DNA from: Candidatus Aquilonibacter sp.
GTDB lineage: Bacteria > Acidobacteriota > Terriglobia > Terriglobales > Acidobacteriaceae
DNA length: 64,000 nt
Direction of reading: 5' to 3'
Assembly: GCA_035486715.1 (NCBI GenBank)
Contig: DATHMV010000033.1
Location: forward strand, 58,001 to 122,000
A model generated the notes under the pieces. The model saw only the letters and a program-made list of their open reading frames with translations, had not been told where the DNA came from and ran no database searches. The stretch's first letter is position 1; each line of letters opens with the position of its first letter. A program made the position numbers and the translations under genes. Below, in pieces: positions 8,637 to 17,518 of this stretch.

Positions 8637-8858
8637 ATGCCCAAAACCCTAACCTGGGACGACGCCGAAGATATCGGTATCCTGCTCTCTGAAACTCATC
8701 CCCAACTTGACCCGCTGACCGTCCGCTTTACCGACCTTCATCGCTACGTGACCGAACTGCCCGATTTCAAAGGCGATCCCAGCGCTTCGAATGAAGGCAA
8801 ACTTGAAGCCATACAAATGGCATGGCACGAGGAATTCCAGGACCGCACCCAAGGCTGA
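8637..8858 (+). CDS. iscX: IscX (YfhJ) Fe-S assembly accessory protein
   Basis: LTWDDAEDIGILLSETHPQLDPLTVRFTDLHRYV is the IscX hallmark. The ATG at 8637 follows an aggag RBS. Last gene of the isc operon. Confidence 0.85.
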   Translation: MPKTLTWDDAEDIGILLSETHPQLDPLTVRFTDLHRYVTELPDFKGDPSASNEGKLEAIQMAWHEEFQDRTQG

Positions 8859-9043
8859 GCTTTCGCGGCGCATTCTGCCGTTGCTTTTTCGCGTGAGCCT
8901 CGTCTCCAACCTGCACGGCTATTTTTACATTTTCATGACAATTCGTACTCCGGCTTGCCTTAGCTTGATCTGATTGCTGTAAAAGCGGGGTCACCGATCA
9001 CTTCTCGTCCCGATCGACAGCATCTCTCTCTCTTAACTACAAA

Positions 9044-9072
9044 GGGCACGGCGTAAGCCGTGCCCTATTTTT
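9044..9072. terminator. intrinsic terminator (likely bidirectional) between iscX and galT
   Basis: GGGCACGGC-gtaa-GCCGTGCCC perfect 9-bp GC stem followed by TATTTTT on the plus strand. The minus strand has only a short, interrupted T-rich stretch (TTTGTAGTT) after the stem. Confidence 0.8.
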
Positions 9073-9208
9073 AGTTAACAATATCCATGGAACTCCGGAC
9101 GCCCTCGTCCGGAGGAAAGCAGCCACAAGAAAGTACGCTGAAATTCGAGACAGCCTATCGAGTTGTGTACCACAAGCGGACGAGGTGCCTTCCCCACATG
9201 TACATTCT

Positions 9209-10249
9209 TTAGCCGGCAGTTGCCGAAACCGGTTCCTCCACGCTCGCTTCACGCAAAAATTTCGCCGATTCCTCCGGCGGAGTTGGATTGATATAAAAGC
9301 CCGTTCCCCATTCGAATCCCGCCGTTTTGGTTAGCTTGGGCATGAACTCGATATGCCAATGATAGTGGTCGTTGGTCGGGTCCTGCGCCGGCGAAGTGTG
9401 AACCACCAGATTGTACGGAGGGTTATCGAGCACGCGGTCGGCCTTGATCAGCAGCGTCTTCAGCGCTTTGGCGAGGTTCTCGAACATATGTGATGAAGAA
9501 TTCTCGAACGCTGATTCGTGCGACTTCGGCAGAATCCATGTCTCAAAAGGAAAGCGCGGGGCGTAGGGCGCAATAGTTAAAAAGTTTTCGTTTTCCGCCA
9601 CCACCCGGCTTCCATTCTCTGTCTCCTGGCAAATGATGTCGCAGAAGACACAGCGCTCCTTATATAGAAAATATTGCTTCGCGCCTTCCAGTTCTTGCGT
9701 CACATTGATCGGTAAAATTGGCAGCGCAATGAGCTGTGAATGCGCGTGTTCCAAAGAAGCTCCCGCCGCTTCGCCGTGATTCTTGAACAACAATATGTAT
9801 TTGAACCGCCGGTCTTTTTTCAGATCCAGAATGCGGTCGCGAAAAATCCATAACACATCTTCGATCCGTTTCGGAGGCAGAGTCGCCAAACTCGCACTGT
9901 GGTCCGGCGTCTCGATAATTACCTCATGCGCCCCTATGCCGTTCATGCGGTCGAACATGCCTTCGGCCTGGCGATTCAGGTTGCCTTCAATCCCCAGCGC
10001 CGGAAATTTGTTGGAAACCACGCGTACCGTCCAACCCGGCGTGTCGCGTTGCGAAGTAGGCCCGCCATTCGTCGCGGGCCGGTATGCTTGAATCTCCGGC
10101 GGCGTCTTGCTCTCGTTTCCATAACAAAACGGGCAAAAGCCGCCCTTCAGCTTTACATTCTCCCGTAGAAAATCCGTGGGACGCTTGGCGCGGTCCGTGG
10201 AAATAATCACCCAGCGGCCAACAATCGGATCCTTTCTCAATTCAGGCAC
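9209..10249 (-). CDS. galT: galactose-1-phosphate uridylyltransferase (HIT superfamily)
   Basis: CPFC zinc motif near the N-terminus and active-site HAHSQLIALP (H-x-H-x-Q). Overall GalT-length protein. Confidence 0.9.
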   Translation of the reverse strand: MPELRKDPIVGRWVIISTDRAKRPTDFLRENVKLKGGFCPFCYGNESKTPPEIQAYRPATNGGPTSQRDTPGWTVRVVSNKFPALGIEGNLNRQAEGMFDRMNGIGAHEVIIETPDHSASLATLPPKRIEDVLWIFRDRILDLKKDRRFKYILLFKNHGEAAGASLEHAHSQLIALPILPINVTQELEGAKQYFLYKERCVFCDIICQETENGSRVVAENENFLTIAPYAPRFPFETWILPKSHESAFENSSSHMFENLAKALKTLLIKADRVLDNPPYNLVVHTSPAQDPTNDHYHWHIEFMPKLTKTAGFEWGTGFYINPTPPEESAKFLREASVEEPVSATAG

Positions 10250-10293
10250 TCAAATAACCCCTTTTGTTCCTTAGGATGGGCGATTTTTTCCTG

Positions 10294-10746
10294 CTAAGCC
10301 GTCAGGGAGGAATTACGAAAAACTTCTATCTGCGGCTGGCTGATTTTTGAATGCCCATAGTATACGCTTACTACATCGAATCGCCACTGGCACGAAGGTG
10401 GATAGCGCCGCAGGTAATCCCGCGCCACGGCGGCCGTTAACCGGCGTTTGTGGCGGTCCACAGCGGCCTCGGCAGGTTTCACGTCACGGGTTGTCCGCGT
10501 CTTCACTTCCACGAAACACAGCGTGCCGCCGTCCCATCCAATCAGGTCGATTTCACCCCGATAATGTGGCGAGCGAAAGTTCCGCGCCACCATGATGTAG
10601 CCCAATTTCCGTAGATAGAAATAAGCGGCTTCCTCGCCCCTTTGTCCGGTACGTTGATGGGCCGGAGATTGGTCGGGCGGCAATGTATGCTCGGCCAGCC
10701 AATCGAGAACGCGGATCACAGCTTGCACGATGGGACGAGGAAGCAT
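10294..10746 (-). CDS. yraN: YraN-family endonuclease-like protein (UPF0102)
   Basis: GEEAAYFYLRKLGYIMVARNFR...GEIDLIGWDGGTLCFVEVKTR signature. Confidence 0.85.
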   Translation of the reverse strand: MLPRPIVQAVIRVLDWLAEHTLPPDQSPAHQRTGQRGEEAAYFYLRKLGYIMVARNFRSPHYRGEIDLIGWDGGTLCFVEVKTRTTRDVKPAEAAVDRHKRRLTAAVARDYLRRYPPSCQWRFDVVSVYYGHSKISQPQIEVFRNSSLTA

Positions 10747-10938
10747 AAAGTGAGCCTGATTTGTATTGTAGATTCTATGAGTTAACCGAACTCACATGGG
10801 AAATTGAAAAGCGCTTTCCGTTCCCGCCACGGGAAATATTTGGTTCGTTCAAGCGAGGTGCCCTATTTCGCGTTACTGAGCGGGGGTAGCCTATGACTGC
10901 AATTCATAACAGGTTTATAATCAACCAAGCTATAACGT

Positions 10939-11433
10939 ATGCAGACCGATCAACTCAGAAAGAAGCTGCAAGAAGAAGTCGACGCGCTCGAGCACGAACT
11001 CGTTCACGAGCTGCCCAAAGAGATTAAGCGGGCCGCCGCGCTTGGCGATCTCAGCGAGAACGCCGAATACCACATGGCGAAACAGCGCCAGGAGTTCGTC
11101 AAGGCGCGCTTTCGCCAGCTCGGCAAGCGTCTGGCCGATCTCTCCCTGACCAACATGAACAACATCCCCAAGGACAAAGTGGGGCTGGGTTCCACGGTCA
11201 AGGTATACGACAGCACCAAGAACGAAGAAATGGAGTACAAGCTGGTGACCAGCGAGGAGTCCGACGTAGCCACTGGCAAGATTTCAACCACGTCTCCCAT
11301 CGGCCGAGCGTTGCTCAATAAGAAGGTCGGCGAGGAAGCGACTGTGATTACGCCCAACGGCAAACGCGAACTGGAAATCCTGAGCCTCACCACGATCCAC
11401 GATGAGGCCGAGTCCGAAAAGGCGGACGCATAA
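10939..11433 (+). CDS. greA: transcript cleavage factor GreA
   Basis: GDLSENAEYHMAKQRQ coiled-coil tip and C-terminal ISTTSPIGRALLNKKVGE domain. Confidence 0.95.
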   Translation: MQTDQLRKKLQEEVDALEHELVHELPKEIKRAAALGDLSENAEYHMAKQRQEFVKARFRQLGKRLADLSLTNMNNIPKDKVGLGSTVKVYDSTKNEEMEYKLVTSEESDVATGKISTTSPIGRALLNKKVGEEATVITPNGKRELEILSLTTIHDEAESEKADA

Positions 11434-11491
11434 ATGTCGGCCTCCCCTGTGCGGTCAGAAACGGAAATCATCGCCGAACCTGTGGCCAACA

Positions 11492-11516
11492 GTCATCCTG
11501 AGCGAAGCGAAGGATC
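11492..11516. repeat. single GTCATCCTGAGCGAAGCGAAGGATC repeat unit
   Basis: Exact 25-mer of the same family as the arms of the 7959-8085 element. It sits immediately before the ATG at 11518. Confidence 0.6.
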
Positions 11517-11517
11517 T

Positions 11518-12213
11518 ATGCAGTTGGCCGTGGCCGCTCAAGTACCGCTGGAAAAGCCATCCTCCGAGAAATCCACGCTCTCCTGGACCAGCGCCTTCGG
11601 CCGCGCCTGCGGCGTATTGCTCGATACCATTGTGCGCTGGCTAGCCTTGTCGCGCATCAATCCAAACGTTCTGACGTTCATGGGGTTGGTAGTGAATACC
11701 TGGGCCGCAATTCTTTTTGGCTCGGCTACGGCCCTCACGCAGCGACGGCTGTTTTTCTACGCCGGCCTGGTGATCATCGGCTCCGGTTTTTTTGATTTGG
11801 TGGACGGACAAGTGGCCCGCGCCACCAACCGGGTGACGCGTTTCGGCGCGTTTTTTGATTCAGTCATAGACCGCTACAGCGATGCCTCGCAGTTTTTCGG
11901 TTTACTGGTCTTCTACGCCCGCGGCGATCGCTTCTTCTATCTCGTGCTTACCGCCTACTGCATGATCAGCGCCATCATGGTCAGCTACACCCGCGCTCGT
12001 GCCGAATCGCTCATCGGCTCCTGCCGCGTCGGTTTCATGGAGCGTCCCGAGCGCTTGGTCCTGGTCATCCTCGGCGCATTATTCAACCGCATGGCGCCGG
12101 TGCTCTGGATCATCGCGGTGCTCTCAACCCTCACGGTGATTCACCGTATGAGGTATACGTGGACGAGAACGCAGGACCCGCCACTCACCGCTAAAACCGG
12201 CCACGCGGTGTAG
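11518..12213 (+). CDS. CDP-alcohol phosphatidyltransferase family protein (substrate unknown)
   Basis: DGQVARATNRVTRFGAFFDSVIDRYSD fits D-G-x2-A-R-x8-G-x3-D-x3-D. The protein is multi-TM. The listed start (11434) would translate the repeat unit, so 11518 is preferred, though the start remains uncertain. Confidence 0.8.
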   Translation: MQLAVAAQVPLEKPSSEKSTLSWTSAFGRACGVLLDTIVRWLALSRINPNVLTFMGLVVNTWAAILFGSATALTQRRLFFYAGLVIIGSGFFDLVDGQVARATNRVTRFGAFFDSVIDRYSDASQFFGLLVFYARGDRFFYLVLTAYCMISAIMVSYTRARAESLIGSCRVGFMERPERLVLVILGALFNRMAPVLWIIAVLSTLTVIHRMRYTWTRTQDPPLTAKTGHAV

Positions 12214-12274
12214 CTCCTTTCCAACCTCGCGATGCTAGACTATTTGGTCACTCAACTTCCTTCAGGAATTTTGC

Positions 12275-13207
12275 TTGCCTTCTAATCCTGTATTAGTTGT
12301 TCACGGCGGCGCCTGGGCCATGCCCGATGACATGGTCGAAGCCCACCTTCATGGCGTTCGCAATGCGCTCGCCGCGGGCTGGCGCGTGCTCGAACGCGGA
12401 GGCATTGCCCTCGATGCGATCGAAGAAGCCGTCGTCATTATGGAAGACGATGAAACCTTCGATGCTGGCAGGGGCAGCTTTCTGAACCGTGATGGCAAAG
12501 TGCAGCTGGATGCCCTGCTCATGGATGGTTCTACGCTTCGCGCTGGAGGTGTGGGATGCGTCGAGCGCCTGCGAAATCCGGTGCGCGCTGCACGGAAAAT
12601 TTTGAGCGAGAGTCCGCACGTTTATTTCGTGGCTGAAGGCGCGGAATGGTTTGCTGCCGAGCATGGAGTCGAACTATGCCGAAACGAAGACTTGGTAATC
12701 CCGCGCGAGGTCGAACGCCTGCGTGAATATCAGCGCAAAGAAGCGGCTGAGCCTGCGAAAGATGGTAACGACCTCTTCGCTCCGACCATTTCGCACGATA
12801 CCGTAGGCGCGGTTGCTTTAGATCACGAAGGTAACATCGCCTCCGCAACTTCGACCGGAGGAACGCTGAACAAAGCTCCGGGCCGGCTGGGCGATTCCTC
12901 GCTGATCGGCTGCGGTTGTTACGCGGATAACCTAAGTGCTGCGGTTTCGACCACGGGATGGGGCGAGCCGATCATGAAACTCGTGCTGGCCAAGTGGACT
13001 GCGGACCGGGTAGCAGCGGGAAATCTTCCCGATTGGGCGGCGAAGGAAGCGATGAATTATTTGCAGCAACGCGTAAACGGCCACGGTGGCATCATCGTGC
13101 TTAACGCGCAAGGACAATTCGGCATTGCCCACAACACGCCGCGCATGGCCTGGGCCTATAAAACAATCAAGAACGAAGGCGCGGGAGTGGAACACGGTTC
13201 TGTGTGA
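12275..13207 (+). CDS. isoaspartyl peptidase / L-asparaginase (Ntn hydrolase)
   Basis: HDTVGAVALD (Thr nucleophile) and ATSTGGTLNKAPGRLGDSSLIG. Confidence 0.9.
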   Translation: MPSNPVLVVHGGAWAMPDDMVEAHLHGVRNALAAGWRVLERGGIALDAIEEAVVIMEDDETFDAGRGSFLNRDGKVQLDALLMDGSTLRAGGVGCVERLRNPVRAARKILSESPHVYFVAEGAEWFAAEHGVELCRNEDLVIPREVERLREYQRKEAAEPAKDGNDLFAPTISHDTVGAVALDHEGNIASATSTGGTLNKAPGRLGDSSLIGCGCYADNLSAAVSTTGWGEPIMKLVLAKWTADRVAAGNLPDWAAKEAMNYLQQRVNGHGGIIVLNAQGQFGIAHNTPRMAWAYKTIKNEGAGVEHGSV

Positions 13208-13268
13208 TTCTTCAAAATCACTTTTTAAATCCTCGACCTCCAAGTTTCCAACCCAAAACTACGGCGGT

Positions 13269-14639
13269 ATGATAAAAAAAACGCCATCTCGCCCGGCCGT
13301 AGCGATGTCCAAACAATTTTCCATCTCGATCATTGAGACCCTGCGCCAGCATGGGTTTCTAGCCTACCTGGTTGGCGGATGTGTGCGCGATCTTCTGCTT
13401 GATCGCGAGCCTGCGGATTTCGATATCGCTACCAGCGCCGCGCCCTCGCAAGTGATGGAAATCTTTCCCGATACCTACGCCGTAGGAGAGCGATTCGGCG
13501 TAGTTCTGGTACCGGTTCCGCGCGAAGAACGCGGACACGGAGAGAACTCCACGATCGAGGTCGCGACCTTCCGCAGCGATCATGGATACTCTGATGGCCG
13601 CCATCCCGACGAAGTGCGCTTCAGCCAACTTCCGCAGGAAGACGTGGTCCGTCGCGATTTCACGATCAACGGCATGATGCTCGATCCGGCAAGCAGTGAA
13701 GTGCTGGATTTTGTCGGCGGGCGCCGCGATCTTAAAGGCAAACTCATTCGCGCCATCGGCGATCCAGACCAGCGCTTTGTTGAGGACAAACTGCGCATGT
13801 TGCGTGCCGTGCGCTTCGCGGCACGATTCGAATATGAAATCGAAGCGGAGACGGTTTCTGCAATCCAACGACACGCCGGTAAAATTGAACTGATCTCGTG
13901 CGAACGGGTTCGCGACGAACTTACAAAAATGCTCACAGAGGGACATGCCCGCCGCGCATTCCTTCTGCTCGATCAAACCAGTTTGCTCGAAGCAGTTTTG
14001 CCGGAGATCACCGCGATGAAAGGTGTTCGGCAACCGCCTGTATTCCATCCCGAAGGCGATGTATTCGTGCATACTCTGCTGCTGCTCGAAAACCTTCCGC
14101 ACCCCTGTCCCCCAACGCTGGCCTGGGGCGCGCTATTGCACGATGTGGGCAAGCCTGCGACATTTCGCATTGCGCCCGATCGCATTCGCTTCGATAATCA
14201 CGTGGATGTAGGTGTGAAGATCGCAGAGGAAATCTGTCATCGCCTGCGCTTCTCAAAGAGCGACACCGCGCGGGTGCTTGCTCTCATCGACAATCACATG
14301 CGTTTCGGCCAAGTCGGCCGCATGAAAGAGTCGACACTCAAAAGATTTATGCGCTTACCAGGATTCGATGAGCATCTCGCGCTGCACCGGGCCGACAGTC
14401 TCGCCAGTCACCGCAATTTGAGTACGTATGAGTTTCTTCAGGACAAACTCAAAGAGACTCCGCCCGAAAATATTCGTCCTCCGGTTTTAATCGGCGGCGA
14501 TGACTTGATTCGCGCTGGATATACGCCCGGTCCAAAGTTTCGCGAGATATTGTCAGCCGTGGAAGATGCTCAACTGGAAGGCCAATTAATTTCGCGCGAT
14601 GCCGCGATGGAATATGTAAGGCGCGAGTTTCCGCTCTGA
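13269..14639 (+). CDS. cca: CCA-adding tRNA nucleotidyltransferase with HD domain
   Basis: AYLVGGCVRDLLL..PADFDIAT head domain, RDFTINGM, and the HD motif LLHDVGKP. The listed ORF start (13086) overlaps the previous gene; ATG 13269 (or 13305) is more likely. Confidence 0.85.
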   Translation: MIKKTPSRPAVAMSKQFSISIIETLRQHGFLAYLVGGCVRDLLLDREPADFDIATSAAPSQVMEIFPDTYAVGERFGVVLVPVPREERGHGENSTIEVATFRSDHGYSDGRHPDEVRFSQLPQEDVVRRDFTINGMMLDPASSEVLDFVGGRRDLKGKLIRAIGDPDQRFVEDKLRMLRAVRFAARFEYEIEAETVSAIQRHAGKIELISCERVRDELTKMLTEGHARRAFLLLDQTSLLEAVLPEITAMKGVRQPPVFHPEGDVFVHTLLLLENLPHPCPPTLAWGALLHDVGKPATFRIAPDRIRFDNHVDVGVKIAEEICHRLRFSKSDTARVLALIDNHMRFGQVGRMKESTLKRFMRLPGFDEHLALHRADSLASHRNLSTYEFLQDKLKETPPENIRPPVLIGGDDLIRAGYTPGPKFREILSAVEDAQLEGQLISRDAAMEYVRREFPL

Positions 14640-14739
14640 TAGTCGAGCGTCTTACGATCCGCGGGCACCGTCGAAATGCTAGAATCGGAATTCTCCTCTG
14701 TCTCGGTATTTCGCGCGGAAATAGCAGAAAGAGGTTGCA

Positions 14740-15024
14740 TTGGAGCAAGCAGGCACAAGTTTAGAAAAGATTGTCGCAGCCTCGTTGCGGCGGGTGCCGC
14801 CAGGCGACGCCCCACTGCTTGCCTGGCCGCTCGTTTGTGGATCGGTCGTCGCAGAGCGCACGCGGGCTGTCGATTTTTCCAATGCCATCTTGCGCGTTGA
14901 AGTTCCCGATGCCGGATGGAAGCGCGAAATGCAGAATTTGGCTCCTCGTTATGTTGCGGCGATGAATCGTTATGCTGGCCAAAAAGTGGAGAGAATTGAT
15001 TTTGTAATTTCGCAGAGAAATTAA
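14740..15024 (+). CDS. DUF721 (DciA-like) small protein
   Basis: LLAWPLVCGSVVAERTRAVDFSNAILRVEVPDAGWKREM matches the DUF721 pattern. Confidence 0.7.
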   Translation: MEQAGTSLEKIVAASLRRVPPGDAPLLAWPLVCGSVVAERTRAVDFSNAILRVEVPDAGWKREMQNLAPRYVAAMNRYAGQKVERIDFVISQRN

Positions 15025-15040
15025 GAACAAGTTGTAGAAC

Positions 15041-15379
15041 ATGAAAGTTACTGACAAAGACGTAACCTACGTCGCCGATCTCGCAAATCTCGATCTTTCT
15101 GCCGAAGAGCGCGCCGGCATGGTGCGGGATTTGAATTCGATCCTCGATTACGTAGATCGGCTCAATGAATTGGATACATCCAACGTCGAACCGATGGCGC
15201 AGGTATCCGATTGCTACGGCGTCGATGAATCGAAGCAGGGAAGCGAGAGATTTGCCTATGCCAGCCGCGAAGACGTTGTCGAGGGATTGCGCAAGTCGTT
15301 GTCACAAGAAGTCGCGTTGCAGAACGCGCCGGACGCTGATGGAACCTTCTTTCGTGTGCCCAAGGTGATTGAAAGATAA
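15041..15379 (+). CDS. gatC: Asp/Glu-tRNA amidotransferase subunit C
   Basis: VADLANLDLSAEE...ILDYVDRLNELDTSNVEP signature, directly upstream of gatA. Confidence 0.9.
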   Translation: MKVTDKDVTYVADLANLDLSAEERAGMVRDLNSILDYVDRLNELDTSNVEPMAQVSDCYGVDESKQGSERFAYASREDVVEGLRKSLSQEVALQNAPDADGTFFRVPKVIER

Positions 15380-15459
15380 GGCAAACATACTTTCACTTTT
15401 CACCTCAACCATAAGCCAGTTCTAGCTCTTCTGAGTTTTTCGCTCGACTAAGACTTAAG

Positions 15460-16893
15460 ATGGACTTAAGCCAACTCACCATCGATGCTGTGCGCTCAGC
15501 CATTCAAGAGCGCAAAACTGCCGCTCTCGCCTTAACGGAGTCGTACTACGGCCACATTCAAAAACAAGACGCTCAGATCGGCGCTTATCTGACTTTGTGT
15601 AAAGAGCGCGCGCTTGAGCAGGCTGACCGCATCGACCGTATGGCCGCCGAAGGCAAGCCCCTCCCGCCGCTGGCTGGCGTACCTGTCGGGATTAAAGACG
15701 TGTTGTCGACGCGCGGCGTGCGCACTACAGCGGGATCGAAGAGCCTCGAGCATTACATCCCGCCTTATGACTGCACCGCCGTCGCGCGCATGGAAGCTGC
15801 TGGTGCCGTTGTGCTGGGCAAGCTGAACTGCGACGAGTTCGCCATGGGCTCATCGAATGAAAATTCGGCCTTTCATCCCGTGCACAATCCTCGAGATTTG
15901 AGCCGCGTTCCCGGAGGTTCGTCAGGCGGCTCGGCTGCCGCTGTTGCCGCGGATATGGCGATAGTCGCGCTCGGCTCCGATACCGGCGGATCGATTCGTC
16001 AGCCCGCGTCGTTTTGCGGCGTAGTGGGATTGATGCCGACCTACGGTCGCGTCTCGCGCTACGGCTTGATCGCGTTCGCCTCGTCGCTCGACCACATTGG
16101 TCCTCTGTCGAAATCCGTAAAAGATTCGGCGATCGTGCTTCAGATAATTGCCGGACGCGACCCGATGGATTCCACTTCGGCAGATTTGCCGGTTCCGAAT
16201 TACGTTGCGGAGCTTGAAAAGCCGGTGCGTGGTCTAAAACTCGGCGTGGCCAAAGAATATTTCGGCGAAGGTCTCGATGGCGAGGTCCGCCATGCGGTTG
16301 AATCGGCAATCGACAAATTGAAAAGCCTGGGCTGCGAAATTGTGCCGGTCTCGCTGCCGCATACACCATACGCGATTCCCACGTATTACCTGATCGCAAC
16401 CGCAGAAGCTTCTTCCAACCTCGCCCGCTACGACGGCGTGCGTTACAGCTACCGCGCGCAGGGAGTGAAGTCGCTTTCGGAAATGTACCGGCGTAGCCGC
16501 GACGAAAGTTTTGGCGCGGAGGTCAAGCGCCGCATCATGCTCGGTACCTACGCGCTGAGCGCTGGTTATTACGATGCGTATTACCTGAAGGCGCAAAAAG
16601 TACGCACACTGCTGACTCGCGACTTCGAAGAAGCCTTCAGTAAAGTGGATGCCATCGTGACGCCGACCAGTCCCACCGCTGCGTTTCGTCTGGGCGAGAA
16701 GTCGAACGATCCATTGGCCATGTATCTCGCTGATATCTACACGGTCACGGCGGACCTGGCTGGAATTCCAGGCATTTCTATTCCGTGCGGCGAGACGAAA
16801 GAGAAGCTGCCGATCGGATTGCAGATTCTCGGGAAGCACTTTGATGAAGGCACGATTCTGCGGGTCGCGCGCGCCTACGAAACGGCCAACTAG
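15460..16893 (+). CDS. gatA: Asp/Glu-tRNA amidotransferase subunit A (amidase signature)
   Basis: GVPVGIKD and the GGSSGGSAAAVAA amidase signature, GSDTGGSIRQPA. Confidence 0.95.
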   Translation: MDLSQLTIDAVRSAIQERKTAALALTESYYGHIQKQDAQIGAYLTLCKERALEQADRIDRMAAEGKPLPPLAGVPVGIKDVLSTRGVRTTAGSKSLEHYIPPYDCTAVARMEAAGAVVLGKLNCDEFAMGSSNENSAFHPVHNPRDLSRVPGGSSGGSAAAVAADMAIVALGSDTGGSIRQPASFCGVVGLMPTYGRVSRYGLIAFASSLDHIGPLSKSVKDSAIVLQIIAGRDPMDSTSADLPVPNYVAELEKPVRGLKLGVAKEYFGEGLDGEVRHAVESAIDKLKSLGCEIVPVSLPHTPYAIPTYYLIATAEASSNLARYDGVRYSYRAQGVKSLSEMYRRSRDESFGAEVKRRIMLGTYALSAGYYDAYYLKAQKVRTLLTRDFEEAFSKVDAIVTPTSPTAAFRLGEKSNDPLAMYLADIYTVTADLAGIPGISIPCGETKEKLPIGLQILGKHFDEGTILRVARAYETAN

Positions 16894-17471
16894 ATTGGCT
16901 GGTAGTAACTCTCGCCCGCGCAAGCCCGGCAAAGGGTTTTATCCCCTGCGCGTACTTCTCTACGGAAATTAATTCCTTCTCCGCACGATTCGCACACCAC
17001 GCGTTCGCTTTTATATCCGGGAAATTCTTCCGGAGGCAACTCGACCTTCACCCATTGCATGGTGAAAAGATCATCATCCGCAATCTCACGGTAAGCCAGC
17101 ATTTGCTGCTGGTTCTTGTCCGCGATTTCGGGATGCATCTGCCGGGCGAGCGCCTTCGAAGATTCTTTCGCCGCAATGCGTATGGCTCTGCCGGCGCTGA
17201 CATCGACGAACGTAGCTGCGACCTTGCCCCAGTCGCGGAACTTCAATGCCCGCTTGCCCAGTCGGCAGCCAGTGACCACGGCAACGGCATCGGTGGCGCA
17301 GCGGTCGATCTCGACGAATGTGACCAGCCGCTTGCGGTCTTTGCCGGCAGGATCATCGATCCCCAGCTTGACCAATCCCAGCATCGCTAGCCTCACTCCA
17401 AGAATCTGTCCGGCGCACAAATGTCCATGTGCAATCTCGGCATCGCGCAGGTATTCGTCGAAGGATTTCAT
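16890..17471 (-). CDS. FmdE-family protein with C-terminal zinc ribbon
   Basis: HGHLCAGQILGVRLA FmdE motif and CESCGE...CRAC ribbon. Its stop shares the palindrome CTAG (16890-16893) with the gatA stop. Confidence 0.75.
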   Translation of the reverse strand: MKSFDEYLRDAEIAHGHLCAGQILGVRLAMLGLVKLGIDDPAGKDRKRLVTFVEIDRCATDAVAVVTGCRLGKRALKFRDWGKVAATFVDVSAGRAIRIAAKESSKALARQMHPEIADKNQQQMLAYREIADDDLFTMQWVKVELPPEEFPGYKSERVVCESCGEGINFRREVRAGDKTLCRACAGESYYQPI

Positions 17472-17518
17472 GGAAGCCTGCCGTTCAGCTAGTCAGCTTC
17501 AGGTTAACACCAGGAGAA

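Noticed and set aside
8859-9043. A 185-nt untranslated stretch between iscX and the terminator, plus a second perfect hairpin CTCCGGACG-ccct-CGTCCGGAG at 9093-9114, considered as a possible sRNA or 3'-UTR-derived RNA.
   Set aside because: I could find no convincing promoter, no conserved-looking structure and no match to an RNA family I can recognise by eye. It needs RNA-seq or an Rfam scan before any call.
11434-11517. The 28-codon N-terminal extension of the CDP-alcohol phosphatidyltransferase, starting 1 nt after the greA stop.
   Set aside because: The extension translates straight through the GTCATCCTGAGCGAAGCGAAGGATC repeat unit (…NSHPERSEGS). The ATG at 11518 immediately after the repeat is more plausible, though the start remains unverified.
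13086-13268. A 61-codon extension of cca overlapping the 3' end of the isoaspartyl peptidase gene. Likewise, 56691-56942 extends the ABC exporter over the FG-GAP gene start.
   Set aside because: The extensions overlap well-supported neighbouring genes and have atypical composition. Internal ATGs give N-termini matching family expectations.
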